Of a stretch of 64,000 bases of DNA, positions 57,658 to 64,000 are shown one piece after another (position 1 is the stretch's first letter; every line of letters begins with the position of its first letter). Under the pieces are notes generated by a model. That model had not been told where the DNA came from and searched no databases. It saw only the letters and a program-made list of their open reading frames with translations. The DNA is from a virus (Duplodnaviria; Caudoviricetes). The stretch spans positions 1 to 64,000 of the IMG/VR virus record IMGVR_UViG_3300026101_000001, one strand, 5' to 3'. Made by a program: the position numbers and the translations under genes.

Positions 57658-58292
57658 TGGCCCAGCTACGTCGTGATAATGTTTTTCGATTACAGCGTAG
57701 CTTGTTCTACTGGGATAAGTCTTTCGATGCGCCTTTCGTTCACCTTATTTACAAAAAGCTGAAAGCGTATGTTGAAAATAAGTTTCCAGATTTAGACTGG
57801 GATGAGGAACTGAAGTTAGCGCGAGAAGACTTCTGGCATGTGAAGACTTGGGGGAACCTAGAGACGGGACTTGAAAAGTCTCGTCTAATTATCGATGTAA
57901 AAGGACAAAAGATAAATATTCAGATCAGTAAAATGATGTGGTGTTTACTTTATCCTGATTACTTATTGATAACTTATCCGCTCTGGCCCCCGGGAAAACA
58001 AAAGACGATGGATAGTGAAACGCTGAATTGGGCGAACCCTATGTTTCACTACCCCTCACGATATTGGCATCTTCCGGCACACGTTTATAGTTACTTTGAA
58101 AGTGTCTATGGAGAGCGTAGGCCTGAAGAGATTAAAGGTGACCGTTACCAAAAGTATCTTGTTAAGCGTAGTGAATATTGCCAGTACTTTGCTAGGAAGT
58201 ACCGTTTACCCTTAAACCATTTTGAAGCGGTAACAGGAACGAGAGTTCAGGCAAGACACCACGATTTAAAAACTATCCTAGCGCTTTATTGA
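57657..58292 (+). CDS. Hypothetical protein
   Basis: TAATG overlap; 211 aa. Confidence 0.65.
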   Translation: MAQLRRDNVFRLQRSLFYWDKSFDAPFVHLIYKKLKAYVENKFPDLDWDEELKLAREDFWHVKTWGNLETGLEKSRLIIDVKGQKINIQISKMMWCLLYPDYLLITYPLWPPGKQKTMDSETLNWANPMFHYPSRYWHLPAHVYSYFESVYGERRPEEIKGDRYQKYLVKRSEYCQYFARKYRLPLNHFEAVTGTRVQARHHDLKTILALY

Positions 58293-58582
58293 CTTTGGAG
58301 GACCTAAACAATATGCCACAAAACTTACAAGCGGATTACTTTGTAAAGCTAAAGAAAGTGCAAGCTGAGTTGTCCCAGCTTCGTAACCTAGGTTCGAGTG
58401 CTAACTTTAAAGCTTTGTTGAAGGATATTGAGTCCGCTAACAAAATGGCCGATACGCTCGGGATTAAGCAACCTTATCCCGACTCCTTAGTGAGTGAAAT
58501 TGAGGCCATGCAAGACCGTTTAACGCGTTATCAGCAAACGGGATTAGACGTCCCGAATCTTTCTAATGTCGTTAAACACTAA
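58289..58582 (+). CDS. Hypothetical protein
   Basis: 97 aa; start codon uncertain. Confidence 0.55.
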   Translation: MTLEDLNNMPQNLQADYFVKLKKVQAELSQLRNLGSSANFKALLKDIESANKMADTLGIKQPYPDSLVSEIEAMQDRLTRYQQTGLDVPNLSNVVKH

Positions 58583-58844
58583 AACCCAACCCAAGTTGGA
58601 GCCGGTATCGCTCCAACTTGAGGTTGTATCCCCCCTGCACAAGGCTATTGGGATGCGAATAGACTTCCACACCACGTTTACGTTTGATGATGATGGTGAG
58701 GCGTTAAGGAAGAAACTCGGGATGGCTGGAAGTAGTTTCAGTCGATTAAGACGGGGTACCAAAGAAATAACTTTGACAGACTTACAAAATCTGGCAGAAT
58801 TCTTTAACACTGGGGTAATAAATATTATCAAATCTAATTTTTAA
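58566..58844 (+). CDS. HTH (XRE/Cro-like) protein
   Basis: LRKKLGMAGSSFSRLRRG..ITLTDLQNLAEFFN. Confidence 0.7.
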   Translation: MSLNTKTQPKLEPVSLQLEVVSPLHKAIGMRIDFHTTFTFDDDGEALRKKLGMAGSSFSRLRRGTKEITLTDLQNLAEFFNTGVINIIKSNF

Positions 58845-58870
58845 TTACTCAGACAATCAGGAAATTGACG

Positions 58871-59563
58871 ATGCAACTGCAAAAAGAACCCGCACCCCTC
58901 GGGCACTATGGTATTCACGAGGACGAAGGTGTTAACTATATCTACCAAGATACTTGTCCGCATGGCTGGAACTTTATCGGCCTAAGCACCAAATCAAATC
59001 TTACGGTTAAACAACTGAGAAACCAGTGCTCACATAATATCAATGTGAATTTAGCCACACGTAAGCTAAGCAAAATCCACTTAAGTAAGTTCAACAACAT
59101 TGTAGCCGACCCACTGGTTCAAGCTATGTTACCGGTACCGAATGGAAAAACTTACTTCCTAGACGAAGAACAACTACCGGATGCTGCGGTATGGCTTGCG
59201 TGCTTAGAACGGTTGAACTCTCCACTTCATACGTGGGTGAAGCCTTTGTTCGCTGTGAGCATGAACCACGCTATCAAACACATTGATAAAACCAATATTC
59301 ACCCAATGGTGTTTGTTGATTTGAAGAACACCGATAACGAATCTGTATTGAAGCTGGCCACGGCTGCAAAGACGTCTCCTAGAACGGTGATCTTCTGCGG
59401 TGACTCCTCAATGGTGCTCCCAAAACACGTTCATCGTTTAGAAACGAAACTTAGTGAACTTATGCCACTACAAGACTTAATCAGCTTGCCCCTAGAACAC
59501 TTGGGGAGTTACGTATTATCTGAGTACTGCAAAGGTATTCGTTCGTTTGACAAAGTAGCATAA
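58871..59563 (+). CDS. Hypothetical protein
   Basis: AGGAAATTGACGATG start. Confidence 0.7.
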   Translation: MQLQKEPAPLGHYGIHEDEGVNYIYQDTCPHGWNFIGLSTKSNLTVKQLRNQCSHNINVNLATRKLSKIHLSKFNNIVADPLVQAMLPVPNGKTYFLDEEQLPDAAVWLACLERLNSPLHTWVKPLFAVSMNHAIKHIDKTNIHPMVFVDLKNTDNESVLKLATAAKTSPRTVIFCGDSSMVLPKHVHRLETKLSELMPLQDLISLPLEHLGSYVLSEYCKGIRSFDKVA

Positions 59564-59593
59564 GAATAATTGACGATAAGAGACACGATAGCC

Positions 59594-59935
59594 ATGTTGA
59601 AATTTTCAGAAAGACTCGCGCTTTTGAAGAATGCGATACGAGAAAAAGACCTTAAGCAGAAAGACCTTGCAGACGCGCTAGGCTGCAATCAAGCCAAAGT
59701 TTCTTTGGCTCTTTCTGGGACTAAAGAGGTCCCCATGGAATTTTTACTCGAGATACTTCTTCAATCTGAGTTCCCAATCGAAAGAGTGTTCCCCGACTTG
59801 AAAAACGATTTACAAGCGATTGTGACGTTGCTTGAGAAAGGGGCCAGTCAACAGGCCACGACTAATTTACTTAATTTGATGAAATTAACTAACCATTATG
59901 ACCAGCATTCAAAAGATACCAAAGCAGCCAGCTAA
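59594..59935 (+). CDS. XRE-family HTH protein
   Basis: LKQKDLADALGCNQAKVSLALSG. Confidence 0.8.
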   Translation: MLKFSERLALLKNAIREKDLKQKDLADALGCNQAKVSLALSGTKEVPMEFLLEILLQSEFPIERVFPDLKNDLQAIVTLLEKGASQQATTNLLNLMKLTNHYDQHSKDTKAAS

Positions 59936-61376
59936 CGAAATCTGGTTCGATATGAATGATGTGTATGACAGAAGAGATTCACTGTCATTACGCCCCTATC
60001 AAATCGAGCACTTAGGTTTTTCACTGGCGAACTCTCGTTCAATGGATTTATCCGAGGCCGGTACCGGTAAAACTCCGGCAGGTTGCCTCTGGGTTTATCA
60101 TCACTCTAAAGAGGGCCGCGTTATTTGGACGATGCCTAAATCTCTGCTCGTAAAGAACTACCATGAATTATTGTTGTGGTCAGACTTAGAGCCTCACCAA
60201 ATTATGGTGATAGATGGTACGCCAGCTCAACGCGCTAAACAGTTTGCGAACAAAGAAACCAAAGTATTTATGATGGGGTTCGATGCCTTTGCCAACAATC
60301 ACAAAGAAATTGTTGAGCGATACCCTGACACCTATCACCTCTGTGGTGATGAGTGGCATTTGGGTTTCAGCACCCATGGCGAACCGCATTACAGAAAACC
60401 CAATACGTTCATTGGTCCCCAGCGCACCCACAAAATGTACCAGTACATGAAGCGCGGGGGTGACTTGTTGATCATGACGGGAACCTTTATCAATGGCCGG
60501 TTGTGTTCCGCGTATCCAGGCTTGAAGTTAATTAATCCCTTGTACTACCCAACGTACAACAACTTCATGATGTGGCACGCCATGTTAGATGAGTATGGGA
60601 AGCCCTTCATGTGGAAGAACCATGACCGACTTCAAGCTCTTATTGATAAGCACAGTCGTCGGGTTACATATGAACAAGCTTACGGCAAGGAAAAGAAAAT
60701 TATCGTTGCCGAAATGTGCACCATGTCAAAGTCCCAGGCCAAAGCGTTTAACGATATTAAGCAAAAAGGTATTACTGAACTAGAAGATGATTTCTTAGAA
60801 GCTGAGAACGAAGCGGTAACGCTACAGCGATGCTTTAAGATCATGCAATGCCCAGAGGAGTATGGTTTAAAGCATAACGACTCTGATGGTAAAGACGCAC
60901 ACCTTATGCAGCACCTTGAGACGCACAAGTTTAACGAAGAACCTTTGATTATCTTCGAAACGGTTGTTGCGGCCCATGCACGCTATAAGAAGATATGCGA
61001 AAAAATGGGGCTACGTGCTGAGTATATAAACGGCAGCATAACCAGCCGGCGCGGAGAAATAGACCACAAGTTTCGCCAAGGGGAAATTGATGTGTTGATT
61101 TGTAGCCCTGAAGTAGCTGGTGTGGGTTTTAACTGGGGTCATGTAGACCACATGATATTTACCTCTTTCGACTGGCAAGACACGACATTTATCCAGAACT
61201 ATCGAAGAGCGCTTCGGGGTGTTAGAGAGAAAGCCGTGCGAATTACCTTGCTTGTCTATCGTGGTGGCCTAGAGCTTCACGTAGCTAAGAAACTGCTGAA
61301 TAAATCGAATGACCGTACACAAGTTGAAGAAGGTGTAACGGTTGACCTTGTAACCCCAATAATGCAAGCCGCTTAA
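59898..61376 (+). CDS. SF2 (SNF2-like) helicase
   Basis: LRPYQ, EAGTGKT, DEWH, MTGT, GVGFNW, QNYRRALR. Confidence 0.88.
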   Translation: MTSIQKIPKQPANEIWFDMNDVYDRRDSLSLRPYQIEHLGFSLANSRSMDLSEAGTGKTPAGCLWVYHHSKEGRVIWTMPKSLLVKNYHELLLWSDLEPHQIMVIDGTPAQRAKQFANKETKVFMMGFDAFANNHKEIVERYPDTYHLCGDEWHLGFSTHGEPHYRKPNTFIGPQRTHKMYQYMKRGGDLLIMTGTFINGRLCSAYPGLKLINPLYYPTYNNFMMWHAMLDEYGKPFMWKNHDRLQALIDKHSRRVTYEQAYGKEKKIIVAEMCTMSKSQAKAFNDIKQKGITELEDDFLEAENEAVTLQRCFKIMQCPEEYGLKHNDSDGKDAHLMQHLETHKFNEEPLIIFETVVAAHARYKKICEKMGLRAEYINGSITSRRGEIDHKFRQGEIDVLICSPEVAGVGFNWGHVDHMIFTSFDWQDTTFIQNYRRALRGVREKAVRITLLVYRGGLELHVAKKLLNKSNDRTQVEEGVTVDLVTPIMQAA

Positions 61377-61466
61377 GGATCATTATGCAAATGACAAAAG
61401 TTGCACTAGCTGTAAAAATTGCGCTGTCTACAGACGCGTTTCATCAAACCGTTACGGAGAATAAAA

Positions 61467-61736
61467 ATGCTACAGTTTAAGCCAACTGAAATAAGAGTTA
61501 TTCCCGCTATGCTCAAAGCCAACTTAGATTTTTTTTCTAAGGCGTTGAATAATCCCTCGGACCAAGCAGAGCATCAGGCAGAGTACACTCTACTCAAGAT
61601 GCAGCAAGCACTTCAGAACCTTAAAGGTAAAGAATTAGAGACTTTCCTAGCGGAATCAAAGGAAAATATAGCGACACTAAGAACGTTCTTAGATGCCGCG
61701 GAAAAAGAAATTGCTACATTAGTTGACGAAGGTTAA
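61467..61736 (+). CDS. Hypothetical protein
   Basis: GGAG RBS before ATG 61467. Confidence 0.6.
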   Translation: MLQFKPTEIRVIPAMLKANLDFFSKALNNPSDQAEHQAEYTLLKMQQALQNLKGKELETFLAESKENIATLRTFLDAAEKEIATLVDEG

Positions 61737-61869
61737 TTAATAAGCTAAGGTTATCATCTATACCGCATTAAACTGCGATATAGCTGAACTTCGGAGAAAA
61801 GCGAAGGGCGAATGCCGCACAAACAGTAATTAATCAAAATGTAATTAATCTACAATCAGGAAATTGACG

Positions 61870-62931
61870 ATGAACAATATCGAACAAATGATCGCCGCTG
61901 CTCAAAATAACGCAGCTCAAGCCGCTACTACTCAGCAAGAAACTCAAGTTACCCAGCAAGCCGTAGGTCAAGACTACCAGCAAGCTAACACCGCTCAAGC
62001 CGAGACTACGCAGCAGCAAGCTACACAGGCTCAAGCTAACCCTCAGGTTGTTAACCAGACTGAGACTTACACGCAGCAAGCTAACCCTCAAGCGGTTAAT
62101 ACACAGCAAGCAAATGCTCAGCAAGCTACGCAGCAAGCTAATCCGCAAGTTAACGCTCAAGCGAGTGCTATCCCGGCTCATATTCAGCAACAAGCGCAGC
62201 AAGCTAATACTGCTCCACAGCAAGCACAACAACCACAGCAAACGCCTATGGCTGTGAACCCAGTTGGAAACACCGGCATGGACCTACCAGCGAACTTACC
62301 GCCAGAGTTGGCTAAGTTTATTGGTCAGCGCGAAATGTCGATGGATACCATGTCTAACTCTGACCTGTTGGTTCAAGATTGGCTGAAGCCAAGCTACCAC
62401 GGTATGGTTTTAGGTAGTGCTCCGTCAACACTTCTTAACCCCTTCCAGGTTGAGATTGATATGACTGAGAACGTGGGCTATATGTTGTGCCAAATGGTTC
62501 GCTGGACCGTAGCAGGGGCTACAGGTGATCAAACCAACTATGTCCACACATACGATGGTTTGATTGGTTCAGATGGTCAACCTTGGGCGAATGCGGTAAT
62601 GACAGCCTACCGCACCACCACAGACCCGAAAAAACCTAACGTACCGTTCCCAAGTGTTCAGTTACCAATGCGTTTAATCAACGACATTGCTGACCAACAA
62701 GGCACGGTAATTGCCCAAGCAGGTATTATGATTGGTCATACTACGGCTAAGACGGGATGGCAGAACTGGCAGAACTTCCACAATGCGTGTAAGCAAGCTG
62801 GTTTATTAGGTCAGAAAGTGATTGTTGAAGTGTCTAACCAACCGGTTGCTCCTAAAGGTATCACTTACAAGTGGGGTACCTTGGAATTCAAACTGATTGG
62901 TCCGGCACAAGGCCAAATCGCAGCACAATAA
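61870..62931 (+). CDS. Protein with Q/A/N-rich low-complexity N-terminus (possible ssDNA-binding protein)
   Basis: 41 Q in the first 125 aa; folded C-terminal domain; between helicase and exonuclease. Confidence 0.65.
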   Translation: MNNIEQMIAAAQNNAAQAATTQQETQVTQQAVGQDYQQANTAQAETTQQQATQAQANPQVVNQTETYTQQANPQAVNTQQANAQQATQQANPQVNAQASAIPAHIQQQAQQANTAPQQAQQPQQTPMAVNPVGNTGMDLPANLPPELAKFIGQREMSMDTMSNSDLLVQDWLKPSYHGMVLGSAPSTLLNPFQVEIDMTENVGYMLCQMVRWTVAGATGDQTNYVHTYDGLIGSDGQPWANAVMTAYRTTTDPKKPNVPFPSVQLPMRLINDIADQQGTVIAQAGIMIGHTTAKTGWQNWQNFHNACKQAGLLGQKVIVEVSNQPVAPKGITYKWGTLEFKLIGPAQGQIAAQ

Positions 62932-62947
62932 CCTTTTAATTAACTTA

Positions 62948-62974
62948 AAAAGGGTCGGCTAGTCCGGCCCTTTT
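62948..62974 (+). terminator. Intrinsic terminator
   Basis: AAAAGGGTCGG-CTAGT-CCGGCCCTTTT. Confidence 0.65.
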
Positions 62975-62993
62975 GCTCTCGGAAATTGACGAT

Positions 62994-63797
62994 ATGACAA
63001 AGCTAAAACTACACATTTGTGATGGTAATAACCTTCTTCGCCGCAAGTTTGAAAGCGACGGCCCTAACTGGGCTATTCATGCCTATGTTCAGGCCTGTGC
63101 AAATAACTCTCCTTATGGTTCGTTAATATGGGTTTGGGATGGTGCGAACGCTAAGAAGCCTCGCCAAGATATCCACCCAGCATACAAAGCCAGCTCAGAC
63201 TCTACAGACGAATTTTACCTCTTCATGGATAAGTTCCGTGAATTGCTTACACACTCAGGCTGCATCCAGATTAGATGCGAGGGCCGAGAAGCGGATGATG
63301 TTATTGCCGAGCTGGTAAATACTAAATCCCCTGAGACTGAAATCTTTATTGACAGTAACGACCAAGATTATCGCCAGCTACTCAGCGACACGGTAACCAT
63401 GGATTACGTTAGTGAGAAGCTTAAAGAATTCAAGCCCGATGATATGCGCCTTTACAAAACCCTGGTGGGTGATAAATCGGATGCAATTACCGGCCTCTCA
63501 CGTTTTGGTCATGGCACGTATCAAAAGCTAAGTGACTCTGCCAAGTGCTTCTTAGAAGATGCCCTGCAGAGTGACGACCCTATCACAGCGGATCAAGTTG
63601 AAGCTGAAGCGGGTTTCACTAAAGCGATGGCTACTCGATTTGTTGAGAGTCGTGATGAGCTGAAGAAGTTCTGGAAGATCATCGGTTTCTTCCACGTACC
63701 ACAAAGCGAAATTCACGCTGGTACGATTATCGGTAAGCAAGACACCGTAGCGGCCAAAGCTGTCTTCGACGCTTTAGCAATTCCTATCAACTTATAG
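62994..63797 (+). CDS. 5'-3' exonuclease/flap endonuclease family
   Basis: ICDGNN, VWDG, PAYKA, EADDVIA, SNDQDY, LVGDKSDAITGL. Confidence 0.9.
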   Translation: MTKLKLHICDGNNLLRRKFESDGPNWAIHAYVQACANNSPYGSLIWVWDGANAKKPRQDIHPAYKASSDSTDEFYLFMDKFRELLTHSGCIQIRCEGREADDVIAELVNTKSPETEIFIDSNDQDYRQLLSDTVTMDYVSEKLKEFKPDDMRLYKTLVGDKSDAITGLSRFGHGTYQKLSDSAKCFLEDALQSDDPITADQVEAEAGFTKAMATRFVESRDELKKFWKIIGFFHVPQSEIHAGTIIGKQDTVAAKAVFDALAIPINL

Positions 63798-63828
63798 TGG
63801 TTGGGGCTTCGGCCCCTCGAGAACGATT

Positions 63829-64000
63829 ATGAGTAGCACAAATAAAAAGGTCGCTGAGTTCGAAGACTACCCTACCCCGCGAGAACTTGTCGAAGCCTTA
63901 TTCAAGTATATTGACTGGGATGCACTTAGGCACTTTGCGTCCTACGACAACCGGCCAGCTAGGTTCCTAGAGCCGTGTCGAGGTCTGAAAAGAAATATAT
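63829..64000 (+). CDS. DNA methyltransferase-like protein, N-terminal part (truncated by window)
   Basis: DYPTPRELV...FLEPCRG. Confidence 0.6.
   Translation, partial: MSSTNKKVAEFEDYPTPRELVEALFKYIDWDALRHFASYDNRPARFLEPCRGLKRNI

Larger units (their letters stand above)
128..64000. mobile_element. Temperate siphovirus prophage integrated at tmRNA 3' end; extends beyond the right edge
   Basis: Contiguous lysis, tail, head, packaging, early and replication genes begin right after the ssrA CCA; no interrupted structural genes seen; integrase not in window. Confidence 0.9.

Noticed and set aside
61385-61480. 31-aa ORF MQMTKVALAVKIALSTDAFHQTVTENKNATV
   Set aside because: Has an AAGGA RBS but overlaps the next gene's RBS and start, with no recognisable features; too weak to call.
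61834-62241. Leu/Ser-rich minus-strand membrane-like ORF
   Set aside because: Antisense artefact of the CAG/CAA-rich Gln repeat.
644-62993. TTGACG in the start motif as a sigma70 -35 box
   Set aside because: It would place the -10 and transcription start inside coding sequence; I saw no consistent -10 at 17 bp, and separate promoters lie upstream of some copies.
644-62993. Motif as extended pairing to 16S rRNA h44
   Set aside because: Only partial, bulged complementarity to GUCGUAAC, and that region is paired in the ribosome; not supportable.

Overview
The window starts with the 3' end of a gammaproteobacterial-type tmRNA (ssrA, 1-127). The remainder is one apparently intact, large (>64 kb) temperate siphovirus prophage inserted there; no integrase or right att site is in the window. 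The minus strand (308-33733) carries lysis genes (GH108 endolysin), three receptor-binding/tail-appendage proteins, a lambda-like tail (J, I, K-like JAB and NlpC/P60, L, M, tape measure, G/GT frameshift chaperone, major tail), head genes, portal and a gpA-type terminase. The plus strand (33846-64000) carries a D5-like primase-helicase, about 35 small early genes (RadC, RNase H, methyltransferases, DndB-like DGQHR protein, DUF3560, PAPS-reductase family) and replication/recombination genes (ATP-dependent ligase, SF2 helicase, 5'-3' exonuclease). Five features stand out. (1) An unannotated 50-aa signal-peptide ORF (54995-55147) converges on a ~6-TM membrane protein and an XRE regulator at a divergent switch-like locus, a candidate peptide signalling system in a Gram-negative phage. 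(2) The 9-mer ATTGACGAT occurs at least 36 times, almost always at translation starts. (3) Six co-oriented Chi octamers lie within 720 bp. (4) Thirteen G-rich/C-rich hairpins mark early-gene boundaries. (5) A 29-bp palindromic operator-like site is duplicated in inverted orientation 19.4 kb apart. All counts were made by eye, and all protein family calls come from motif recognition, not database searches.
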